Assembly (NCBI GenBank): GCA_963977015.1
Contig: CAXBMO010000002.1
Span: 1-64,000 of the forward strand
DNA: 64,000 nt
Reading direction: 5' to 3'
Source: an uncultured bacterium
GTDB taxonomy: Bacteria; Verrucomicrobiota; Verrucomicrobiia; Verrucomicrobiales; DEV007
How positions within the stretch are numbered: position 1 is the first letter of the stretch; every line of letters starts with the position of its first letter. Both the position numbers and the translations under genes were made by a program. The notes under the pieces are model-generated. The model was not told the DNA's origin, did not search any database, and saw nothing but the letters and a program-made list of their open reading frames with translations. Shown piece after piece: positions 19,107-27,765 of the stretch.

Positions 19107-20196
19107 TGGTTCCTCGGTTCTCCTTCTCCGATGAAATCGAAATCGGCAGGCGTTTTCTCCCCCAATTGCCACGTTCCGGTTCAAAAACACCGGCAATTTC
19201 AGTTCCACACGATTGGCATTTTCCATCGACGATGCGGAACCTCCCCAGAGTGTAGTGATCTCTCTCAATCAGCATCTCACCACAGCCCGGACAATAGGTG
19301 CTTTGCTCCGCCAGATTCAACACATTGCCGACGTAGGCATATTTGATCCCGGCGTTCATCGCGATCGCCCGGGCGCGACTGATCGTCTCCGGCGGCGTGG
19401 GCGGCTTGTCGCGCATCTTGAAGTCAGGATGAAACGCCGTGAAATGCATTGGCACTTCGTCGCCAACGTTCTGAAGCATCCAGTCACACATTTCCTGGAT
19501 TTCGGCGTCGCCATCATTCTCTCCCGGTATAACCAGGTTCGTGACTTCGACCCATACGTCCGTTTCAGCTTTCAGCCACTTGAGCGTATCCAGAACCGGC
19601 TGAATGCTGGCAAAGGTCAGGCTCCGATAGAACTCATTGGTAAAGGCCTTTAGATCCACGTTTGCCGCATCGATGTATTCGTAGAAATCGCCACGCGCTT
19701 CGGGAGTGATATATCCCGCCGTAACGGCAACGGTTTTCAATCCCATTTCCCGGGCCAACTTCGCCGTATCAATCACGTATTCAGCCCAGATGACCGGATC
19801 GTTATAGGTAAAGGCGATGCTGCGACATCCGTGCTCTATCGCGGCTTTGCAAATCGCTTCCGGAGTGGCTTCCTGACTCAGGATCTCGATCTCGCGCGAC
19901 TTTGAGATGTCCCAATTCTGGCAGAACTTGCAGCCAAGGTTACACCCCGCAGTTCCGAAGCTGAGAACCGGTGTCCCGGGCAGAAAGTGATTCAGCGGCT
20001 TCTTCTCGATCGGATCAATGCAGAATCCGGTACTGCGACCATAGGTCGTCAATTTCATTTCGCCCCCGACGTTTTGCCGTACGAAGCAAAACCCGCGTTG
20101 CCCTTCCTGAAGTTTGCATTCCCGCGGACAGAGGTCGCAGACGACCCGGTTCGTCCCGGGATCGGAATGCCACCATCTGGTCGGAGGAATTTTCAC
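19036..20196 (-). CDS. amrS: AmmeMemoRadiSam system radical SAM enzyme
   Basis: CDLCPREC, GFCFVR, DPIEKKPLNHF, GCNLGCKFCQNWDIS (CxxxCxxC), AFHPDFKM, TYCPGC; GTG start overlaps the upstream TGA. Confidence 0.93.
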   Translation of the reverse strand: MKIPPTRWWHSDPGTNRVVCDLCPRECKLQEGQRGFCFVRQNVGGEMKLTTYGRSTGFCIDPIEKKPLNHFLPGTPVLSFGTAGCNLGCKFCQNWDISKSREIEILSQEATPEAICKAAIEHGCRSIAFTYNDPVIWAEYVIDTAKLAREMGLKTVAVTAGYITPEARGDFYEYIDAANVDLKAFTNEFYRSLTFASIQPVLDTLKWLKAETDVWVEVTNLVIPGENDGDAEIQEMCDWMLQNVGDEVPMHFTAFHPDFKMRDKPPTPPETISRARAIAMNAGIKYAYVGNVLNLAEQSTYCPGCGEMLIERDHYTLGRFRIVDGKCQSCGTEIAGVFEPERGNWGRKRLPISISSEKENRGTNGQPGGGGRCFPNEFSENGLRTS

Positions 20197-21011
20197 GGCG
20201 AATCACTTTCTATATCTTGGATCACCTGATCCAAAACCTCGTCCTTCATCCCGACCAGATTCGTGTTTTCAGGAAACCTTCCCTCTTTCACGTCCGCGAT
20301 GTATTCGCCAAAAGCGGCAATCCGCTCCTTCTGCAATCGTCGGTTCTCCTCGAGAAAATTGCGATAAGCCCTGGCATGGCGTGGGAGGCGGTCCTCGTAG
20401 TCTCCCAGAATGTCATCGGAGAAGAGAAATTGAGTGTCGCACCCGGCCCCCGATCCCAACGACATCAAAAGCATCTTGGTCTTACGGCTCAAAAAGGATG
20501 CCAATTGATGAGGCACGACCTCCAACTCCGCCGCGTAAGCTCCCGCGTTTTCCAACTCCTTCATCTGTTGATAGAGCCGTTTGGCTTCCTCCGCATTTTT
20601 CCCGATCGCGCGATACCCCGTCCAGGTTACGTGACGAGGGACCATCCCCAGATGCCCCACCACGGGAATTCGTTCGCGCGCCATCGCTTCAATAATCTCG
20701 GGGCTGGCCGAGCAATAGACCGAACTTGCGCCGGCTTCGAGCGCTTGAAATGCGATCCTGATGTATTCTTCCGCCGTCGCCAGTCCGTGCGGTGTGGCGG
20801 TCGAAAGAAAACTATGGGGCGCAGCCGCAACAAGGCGAGGAAATCGAGCCTGCGACTCCACCGAATCATAGCTGCAGCTCATCAAATCCACCCCAGCTTC
20901 CTCAGCCGCCGCCGCCTCCTCCGGAGACTTCACGTGAATATGTGTCAGGCAGCGCTTGCCCTTACACTGTTGCAGATCGTAGACGGTGTATTTCTTTCGT
21001 GGCCGGAGCAT
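20193..21011 (-). CDS. Divergent PanB-like (ketopantoate hydroxymethyltransferase/PEP-mutase fold) protein
   Basis: IPVVGHLGMVP, ENAGAYAAELEVVP, LGSGAGCDTQFL, DVKEGRFP match the PanB C-terminal half; N-terminal motifs are altered. Confidence 0.78.
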   Translation of the reverse strand: MLRPRKKYTVYDLQQCKGKRCLTHIHVKSPEEAAAAEEAGVDLMSCSYDSVESQARFPRLVAAAPHSFLSTATPHGLATAEEYIRIAFQALEAGASSVYCSASPEIIEAMARERIPVVGHLGMVPRHVTWTGYRAIGKNAEEAKRLYQQMKELENAGAYAAELEVVPHQLASFLSRKTKMLLMSLGSGAGCDTQFLFSDDILGDYEDRLPRHARAYRNFLEENRRLQKERIAAFGEYIADVKEGRFPENTNLVGMKDEVLDQVIQDIESDSP

Positions 21012-21158
21012 ACCCTGAATTTTATCCGGCAGAGGGATTCCGGTCAATGCCGCAGGAAGTTCGCGATTTCCGGACTTTTTCCCGGCCCCAGTTAATTCGA
21101 CGAATTCCTTGCACTTCGCGATCGGTGGCTTTGTTAAGATTTTTCGATTCCGCAAGTG

Positions 21159-21902
21159 ATGAAGAACCAACTCCGATATCTGTATCGGGCCTGGAAGTAT
21201 CGCGTGAAACTCGATAAGTTCGAAATTTCCACGCTTCGATCCCGGCTCAAGCCTGGCGATATGGCGCTCGATATCGGCACTCACAAAGGCGCTTACACCT
21301 ACTGGATGGCAAAGGCGACCGGACCTACCGGAGCGGTCATTTCCTTTGAGCCCCAACCCAAATTGGCCGCCTACGTGAAGGAAGCGACCCAGGCGGTCGG
21401 GTTGCGCAACGTCACGGTCGAGAATCTGGCACTTTCCAATGCCGCGGGGAAAGGCACGATCGTCCTGCCGGATGATGCCAATGGTTCCCCCTCCCCTGGC
21501 GCTCATCTGGGTTCGGAATCGGATTCCGGGATTCCGGTGACGTGTTGCCGGCTGGACGATTACCTGGAAAACCACAAGGCCCGCCCCGTTCGATTCATCA
21601 AATGCGATGTGGAGGGCCATGAACTGGAAGTCTTTCGTGGTGCCGAATCCGTCCTCAAAAACGATCATCCTGTGATTCTGTTCGAATGCGAGGAACGCCA
21701 CCGGAAAACTCCGGTAAGCGAAGTTTTTGAGTATTTGCGCTCGCTGGGATACGCGGGCTGGTTTATTTCGCCCAACGGTCTCCAAAGCATTGATGAGTTC
21801 GACTCCACAATTCATCAGGCTGCCGAGCCCGGATCCGAAACCTACATTAACAATTTCCTCTTCGAAGCCAATACCGTTGGAGACGCCGCCCTCGCAAACT
21901 AG
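21159..21902 (+). CDS. FkbM-family methyltransferase
   Basis: LDIGTHKGAYT, SFEPQP, RLDDY, IKCDVEGHELEVFRGA. Confidence 0.92.
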   Translation: MKNQLRYLYRAWKYRVKLDKFEISTLRSRLKPGDMALDIGTHKGAYTYWMAKATGPTGAVISFEPQPKLAAYVKEATQAVGLRNVTVENLALSNAAGKGTIVLPDDANGSPSPGAHLGSESDSGIPVTCCRLDDYLENHKARPVRFIKCDVEGHELEVFRGAESVLKNDHPVILFECEERHRKTPVSEVFEYLRSLGYAGWFISPNGLQSIDEFDSTIHQAAEPGSETYINNFLFEANTVGDAALAN

Positions 21903-22689
21903 CTCAAAACGACTCCCCTTGTCCGTGTTCGTCGTCACGAAGAACGAGGAGAAGAATCTGGAACGCTGCCTTTCGAGCATTTCAGGATTGGCAGAAGAAA
22001 TCATCATCGTCGATTCGGGTTCGACCGATGGAACGCAGGCAATCGCCGAGCGCCATCATGCCCAGTGGCACCATCAGGATTGGTTGGGGTTTCGCGATCA
22101 AAAACGCGTCGCGCTTGGCTATTGCACGAAGCCCTGGGTGCTGTTGCTCGATTCGGACGAAGAGGTGTCGGCAGATCTCCGGCCCGAATTGATCGCGTTT
22201 TTTGACGGAGACCACGAATCTTACGACGGAGCTGAATTTGCGCGGCGAACCTGGTTTCTGGGACGCTGGATTCTCCACGGCGATTGGTATCCCGATCGCA
22301 AGCTGCGCCTGTTCCGACGCGACCGGGTTACGATCGGCGGAGCACCCGAACATGAGGTGGCGGAAGTTCCCGGAGCGGTCAAACGCATGAGCGGGGACCT
22401 CAATCACTACTCATTCCCAACGATGAACAGCTACGTCCGAAAAATCATCGTCTTCAGCGACGCGTTTCTGGAGCGCGAAATCGACCAGAATCGCAAATGG
22501 TCCCTGGCCCGCAATCTGTCTCGGCCGGCATGGCGTTTTTTCCGGGGTTACTTTATCCGGTTGGGCTTTCTGGATGGGTTTCCGGGTTTGTGGATTGCGA
22601 CGGCAACGTTCTTTCTCTCCTTCGTTCGCTACAGCCGCACCTATGAGCACGAGCGAAATTGCGAGCCCGAGTCCATGCCCCAAAACTGA
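21877..22689 (+). CDS. GT2 glycosyltransferase (WaaE/KdtX-like); start uncertain (TTG)
   Basis: LSVFVVTKNEE, VDSGSTDGT, WVLLLDSDE, RLGFLDGFPG. Confidence 0.88.
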   Translation: METPPSQTSSKRLPLSVFVVTKNEEKNLERCLSSISGLAEEIIIVDSGSTDGTQAIAERHHAQWHHQDWLGFRDQKRVALGYCTKPWVLLLDSDEEVSADLRPELIAFFDGDHESYDGAEFARRTWFLGRWILHGDWYPDRKLRLFRRDRVTIGGAPEHEVAEVPGAVKRMSGDLNHYSFPTMNSYVRKIIVFSDAFLEREIDQNRKWSLARNLSRPAWRFFRGYFIRLGFLDGFPGLWIATATFFLSFVRYSRTYEHERNCEPESMPQN

Positions 22690-22690
22690 T

Positions 22691-23806
22691 ATGCGTCTGG
22701 CTCTGGTTCATCATCAATTTGGCGGTGGCGGCGGGTTGGAGAAATACCTCGTCGGTCTCGTGCCTGCGCTGATTGAAGCGGGTCACGACCTGTCATTTGT
22801 GACTTCGCGCGTGGTCAACCCGGTGCCATCGGCGGAGAATCTGCGAATTCTCAAAGTCGACCGACTTCCCATCTCCAGGACCCTGCGACTGCTTCAGTTT
22901 GATCGTGAGGGAGCCAGAATCGCCGCCGATACCAACTCCGACCTCATTCTCGGATTTGGCCAAACCACGAAGCAAGACATTCACCGGGCTGGCGGCGGTT
23001 GCCACGCCGTTTACTCGCGATCGCTGGCGCCATTGAAACGTTTTTCGCCAAAGAATCGGGTCGAACTCGATTTGGAACGCCGACTCTACACCGGCGGCGA
23101 GACCCGGCATTTTGTGGTCAACGCCACCAAAGTGGCGGAGGAACTTCGGCAGGAATACAACGTGTCGCCGGACCGCATCAGCGTGATCCACACCCCTGTC
23201 GATTTGAAGCGCTTCCAGCCCGGCGAACGCCCAAAACAGCAACTGCGCCAGCAACTGTTCGCCCATCGCGATTCGGAGAAACCGGCGTTTCTCTTCGTAT
23301 CCCTAAACCATCGACGAAAAGGCTTGGATGCCCTGTTGGAGATCTGGCCGGAGGTCGATGCCGATCTTTGGATCGCCGGCGCACCGTCCAATGCGTTTTA
23401 CGAAGGCGTGATCCGGAAACAGGGAATCCAGGATCGGATCGTCTGGTTGGGAAAACGCGATGATCTTCCGGACTTTTATCGCGCCGCAGAGGCATTCGTC
23501 CATCCGACGTTGTATGACGCCTGCGCCAACACCGTTCTCCAGGCCATGGCATCGGGTTTGCCGGCAATCGTCTCCGCCAATGACGGTGCCAAGGATTTTG
23601 TCGAGCACGAGCAAACGGGCTTGTTGTTGCAAAACCCAACGGATTCAGCCGAACTTCTCCAACATGTTTCGCAGGTCCTCAATCTTCCCGCCGAAGACCG
23701 CACGGCACTTGGAAGTCGTGCCCGAAATCGCGTTTCGGCACAAACCTGGCCGAATCACCTCGACGCGTGGAACGATGTTTTTGAATTGGTGATGAAGGAA
23801 CGTTAG
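22691..23806 (+). CDS. GT4 glycosyltransferase (WaaG/RfaG-like)
   Basis: GGGLEKY, HRAGGGCH, RRKGL, FVHPTLYDACANTVLQAMASGLP. Confidence 0.9.
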   Translation: MRLALVHHQFGGGGGLEKYLVGLVPALIEAGHDLSFVTSRVVNPVPSAENLRILKVDRLPISRTLRLLQFDREGARIAADTNSDLILGFGQTTKQDIHRAGGGCHAVYSRSLAPLKRFSPKNRVELDLERRLYTGGETRHFVVNATKVAEELRQEYNVSPDRISVIHTPVDLKRFQPGERPKQQLRQQLFAHRDSEKPAFLFVSLNHRRKGLDALLEIWPEVDADLWIAGAPSNAFYEGVIRKQGIQDRIVWLGKRDDLPDFYRAAEAFVHPTLYDACANTVLQAMASGLPAIVSANDGAKDFVEHEQTGLLLQNPTDSAELLQHVSQVLNLPAEDRTALGSRARNRVSAQTWPNHLDAWNDVFELVMKER

Positions 23807-23827
23807 CGAACCCCAATCTAAGAAATC

Positions 23828-24958
23828 GTGTCTATTCTTTTCACCTGCACAAAATGCGACGGCCAATTGCAAGCGCCACGCAATCTGCGCGGTGCTCCCG
23901 TAAAGTGCCCTCATTGCCATGAGTTCATTCGAGTGCCTGACACGCCACCACCACCGGGCACCAAGGAGAAGGAGGGACTGAGCCAAAGCGTCGTTCGAAA
24001 GATCACGGAAGCGGCCGGCGTCGAACGCATTCGTGGGTTCGATGTGCGGGCGTTCTTCTCGGAAGTTTTTCGCAAGCACCCGGAAGAATCGATCGACAAT
24101 CACTTCACGGTAGGAAGCCCAGCAACAACGCCCCCCCTGAGCGACATCAGCACCCGTTGGCCGCAACCCTGGGTGTTTTTCCGCGTTTTTGTCGGGGCAA
24201 TTGTCCTCTATTTGCTTTTTTCCCAAGGCTACTCCCGCACCGGGAACCCAAATCTGATTCCGGGGTTGATCCTGGTTGGCTCGTTTGCCGTCCCCATGGC
24301 CATGTTGATTCTGTTTTTCGAAATCAACGTGCGCCGAAACGTTTCAGCCTACCAAGTGCTCCGACTCATGCTGGTAGGAGGCGTCATCTCGATCATGGTT
24401 TCGCTGTTTCTCTTCTCACTTTCCGAGAAAACGAGGGTGGATGATTGGCTGGGACACTCCGTGGTTGGCCTGGCGGAGGAAGCGGCCAAAGTTCTCGCGC
24501 TTTTGGTCGTCGTGAAGCAACGCCGTTTTGACTATACGCATAATGGTCTCCTGTTTGGCGCGGCGGTCGGGACGGGATTTGCCGCGTTCGAAACGGCTGG
24601 GTATGCCCTTCAGGCTCTGCTCATGAGTCAGGATATTCGCCAGGTTTATGATGTTCTGTTTTTGAGGGGACTCCTCTCTCCACTGGCTCACATTGTCTGG
24701 ACGGCGATTTGCGGAGCAGCTCTCTGGCGGGTGAAGCGCGACCGCCGCTTCCGTCTCGGTCACCTTTTCCATCCCAATTTTCTGCGCGTCTTTACCATCG
24801 CTGTGCTGCTTCACATGGCCTGGAACAGCTCGTGGCAGGGGCTCCTGAAATTCGCTGGAATCGGCCTTGTCGCATGGATCATCGTGCTCGGCTTTATCCA
24901 GACCGGCCTTCGAGAAATTGCGATCGAGAAAGCCAATTCCCGCATCCAGAACGGTTGA
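23828..24958 (+). CDS. PrsW-family intramembrane metalloprotease with N-terminal zinc ribbon
   Basis: CTKC..CPHC; GLAEEAAK, GFAAFET, HIVWT, LHMAWN. Confidence 0.88.
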   Translation: MSILFTCTKCDGQLQAPRNLRGAPVKCPHCHEFIRVPDTPPPPGTKEKEGLSQSVVRKITEAAGVERIRGFDVRAFFSEVFRKHPEESIDNHFTVGSPATTPPLSDISTRWPQPWVFFRVFVGAIVLYLLFSQGYSRTGNPNLIPGLILVGSFAVPMAMLILFFEINVRRNVSAYQVLRLMLVGGVISIMVSLFLFSLSEKTRVDDWLGHSVVGLAEEAAKVLALLVVVKQRRFDYTHNGLLFGAAVGTGFAAFETAGYALQALLMSQDIRQVYDVLFLRGLLSPLAHIVWTAICGAALWRVKRDRRFRLGHLFHPNFLRVFTIAVLLHMAWNSSWQGLLKFAGIGLVAWIIVLGFIQTGLREIAIEKANSRIQNG

Positions 24959-25031
24959 AAGGCACAGTTTTTTTGCTGGATTGGACATTTTGTGAGTGGT
25001 ATGGATTTTAAAGAACCAACCCCCTCCCCCG

Positions 25032-25472
25032 ATGAAAAGCCCTGCCCGATCTCTTGTGCAATTCAGCTTGGCCGCCGCGGCCGCAGTTCTCCTCAGTAGT
25101 TGTTATCAGTATCCGAGCTACAGTCATTCCCATCGCGGAGCCGTTCACGGAGCGTTATTGGGAGGAGGAGCAGGAGCACTCATCGGATCTGCCAGCGGCA
25201 ATGCCGGGGAAGGCGCAATTATCGGCGCCCTCGCTGGTGCGGTCGGTGGTTCGGTGATTGGAAACTCCCGAGACCGTTACTACCGATATGGCGGCTCCGG
25301 CTACTACCGCACCCCCAGCAGCTATCGGCGAAGCGGCTACTACTATCCGACCGCTTACAGCCGTTCCTACGGACGAACCTACAGCCGCAGCGGCTACTAC
25401 TCGCCTAGCCTGTATCGCGGAAGTTCCGCGTATCCCGGGTTCTATCGGCGCACCGGACGTTACGGCTGGTAA
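25032..25472 (+). CDS. Glycine-zipper lipoprotein with Y/R/S/G-rich tail
   Basis: Lipobox LLSSC; GALLGGGAGALIG..GAIIGALAGAVGG. Confidence 0.8.
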   Translation: MKSPARSLVQFSLAAAAAVLLSSCYQYPSYSHSHRGAVHGALLGGGAGALIGSASGNAGEGAIIGALAGAVGGSVIGNSRDRYYRYGGSGYYRTPSSYRRSGYYYPTAYSRSYGRTYSRSGYYSPSLYRGSSAYPGFYRRTGRYGW

Positions 25473-25482
25473 GCCGCGTAGC

Positions 25483-27597
25483 TCAGACCGCTTCGGTGTT
25501 CGAGTCTGATTTCCAAGGCTCGGGGCGTCGTGGCGGAAACGCCAATCCACACTCCTCACTTTCCAAGGTGAGATTGGGATTGTACGCGGGATCATGGCGA
25601 ATGAACTCCCCCCATTTGCGATGGAGCGCCCGCGTCTCTTCCTTCACTTTTGCTTTTCGCTCCGAAGTTTGCTCGGATTCTCCCCGGCTTGCGCTCTCGT
25701 GATGGAATAACCGGGCAAACGGCGTGTAGAGCGTCCGGTAGCCCGCCTGGTTCAGCTTGAGGCAGAGATCCACGTCGTTGTAGGCCACGGCAAACGCCTC
25801 TTCATCCAAGCCTCCAACTTCGAGATACTTCTCCCGTTTGACGACCAGGCAGGCCGCTGTAACGGCGGACAAACTCTGCACCATGTTTGCGCGATTTGCG
25901 TGGCCATAAAAGCTCCACGGCAGGCCACGGAAAAAGTGGCCGGCGGCATCCAGATAGCCCAAAAACGTTCCAGCGTGCTGCAACAGGCCTTCCCGGAAAT
26001 GAAGTTTTGCTCCGACCGCACCAATTTCCGGGCGAGCCGCCTGGGCCACCATCACATGCAGCCATTCGGCGTGATTCGCCTCAATGTCATTATTGATCAA
26101 CCCGACGAACTCCGTATCACAATGCTGAACCGCAACGTTGTTTAGCTTGGAAAAGTTGAAGGGTCCCGGCACCTTCAGGACTTCCGCATCATCGCGTTTC
26201 TCCAGTTCGGCGAGATAGGAAATGGTCTCCGGATCATCGGACTCATTGTCGACGACAAGGAAGCGGTAGTTCGGGTAATCCGTCAGTTTGGTGATGCTCT
26301 CAATGCAGGGGCGCAACAACTCGACCCGATTTCGCGTGGGGATGATCAACGTGACCGAAGGCGCGGGGTCTGGCAGATGCCGATTGAGCCAGTGCGTGTT
26401 CTCCTGGGTCACTTCGATTTTGTCCTCCGTCCGCCCAATTCGCTCCAGGTGTTTCTCAACCGCGCTCAGCCCTGCGGTCTGGGCGTAGGGCTTCTCGTCG
26501 AGTTTCGACGCCGTACTTCCCTCAATCATCCGCCAGTGATACAGGATATGCGGGATGTGCCGAACGTTCTGCGTTTTCTCGATCACGCGCAGCGCCAGGT
26601 CCCAATCCTGACTTCCTTCCATCCCGACATTAAAACCACCGATCTCGCGAATCACGGAAGTTCGATAGCAACCGAGGTGCGAAATGCAGTTCTGCGACGT
26701 CAGTAAATCGTAATTCCAGTCCGGCTTGAAGTAGGGATCGCTGCGTCCTCCCCGAAGATCGATCTTGTCCTCATCCGAGTAAATCAGGTCGACTTCCGGG
26801 TGCTCAAGTATCTCGTTGGCCACGAGGTAAAGCGCATGAAGCGGCAGCTCGTCGTCATGATCGAGCAACACGATGAATTCCCCGGTCACCAGTTCAATCG
26901 CACTGTTTGAGGCGGCCGAAATATGGCCGTTCTCCTCGCGAAACTTCACTTTGATCCGGGAATCGCGTTTCGCATATTCCTCCAACACCTTGCGCACATG
27001 CGGCTTCGGCGAATTATCGTCCGCAATGCAGAATTCCCATTCGCCGTAGAGCTGGTTCACCACGGAATCGAGACAGAGGCGCAAATACCGCTCCGGCGGA
27101 TTGTAAACCGGCATGACCACACTCAGGAGCGGCTTGCGCTCAAAGGTCTCAATGTGAGCGCGAATTCCAGCCTTATCCGCAGGCGTCAACGTGTCATACT
27201 GCCGAACCCAGGAGTCGTAGCTGTAGTCTTCCGGCTTGATCCATGGCCACATCACCAGCGGCGTTTGAAACTGAAGCCGCTCGAGTTCGTGCCACTTCTT
27301 GTCCTGGGTTTTGTATTCCAGGATAACCTCGCTCCTTCCTGGCGGAAGCTCCAAATCCGCGCGAAACCCACTGTAGTCCGCCATCGGACAATCCTTGTAG
27401 ATATGACCAACAGCAAACCGCGCATTCTTCCGGTTCACCTTGAACTCCCGTTCTCCGACCCGCGCCCGCATTCCCCGCAGTGCTTCACCATTTTTATCGA
27501 AGCACCACCCCTTGATGGTGGCGGTACGCGTTTTGAGCTTGGTCACCGGTTCGGTGGGCCACTCGATCGCATGAATAATTTCAACAGGTTTGCTCAT
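25483..27597 (-). CDS. Double-GT2 glycosyltransferase (O-antigen/rhamnan synthesis type)
   Basis: SVVMPVYNP..ADDNS..LLDHDD..YSDEDK and TLIIPTRN..NFSKLNN..LINNDIE..YNDVDLC..HHESASRG. Confidence 0.92.
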   Translation of the reverse strand: MSKPVEIIHAIEWPTEPVTKLKTRTATIKGWCFDKNGEALRGMRARVGEREFKVNRKNARFAVGHIYKDCPMADYSGFRADLELPPGRSEVILEYKTQDKKWHELERLQFQTPLVMWPWIKPEDYSYDSWVRQYDTLTPADKAGIRAHIETFERKPLLSVVMPVYNPPERYLRLCLDSVVNQLYGEWEFCIADDNSPKPHVRKVLEEYAKRDSRIKVKFREENGHISAASNSAIELVTGEFIVLLDHDDELPLHALYLVANEILEHPEVDLIYSDEDKIDLRGGRSDPYFKPDWNYDLLTSQNCISHLGCYRTSVIREIGGFNVGMEGSQDWDLALRVIEKTQNVRHIPHILYHWRMIEGSTASKLDEKPYAQTAGLSAVEKHLERIGRTEDKIEVTQENTHWLNRHLPDPAPSVTLIIPTRNRVELLRPCIESITKLTDYPNYRFLVVDNESDDPETISYLAELEKRDDAEVLKVPGPFNFSKLNNVAVQHCDTEFVGLINNDIEANHAEWLHVMVAQAARPEIGAVGAKLHFREGLLQHAGTFLGYLDAAGHFFRGLPWSFYGHANRANMVQSLSAVTAACLVVKREKYLEVGGLDEEAFAVAYNDVDLCLKLNQAGYRTLYTPFARLFHHESASRGESEQTSERKAKVKEETRALHRKWGEFIRHDPAYNPNLTLESEECGLAFPPRRPEPWKSDSNTEAV

Positions 27598-27765
27598 TCG
27601 GCAGGCCGTCTATTTTCAGCGGGATGTTCCGGCAAACAAGAAGATTTACGGTCCGATACGGTCGAATCCCGCAAGGTGTGGAGCCGCAAAAATGCTTCGG
27701 CCATGAATACCGATTGTGTTGAGGTCACGGACTTCCGCCCGCGTAGGCTGACAGAAGCACAGGGC

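Noticed and set aside
21012-22007. N-terminal extension of the 604-aa ORF 20193..22007
   Set aside because: Antisense to the FkbM methyltransferase; PanB similarity starts only at the ATG at 21011
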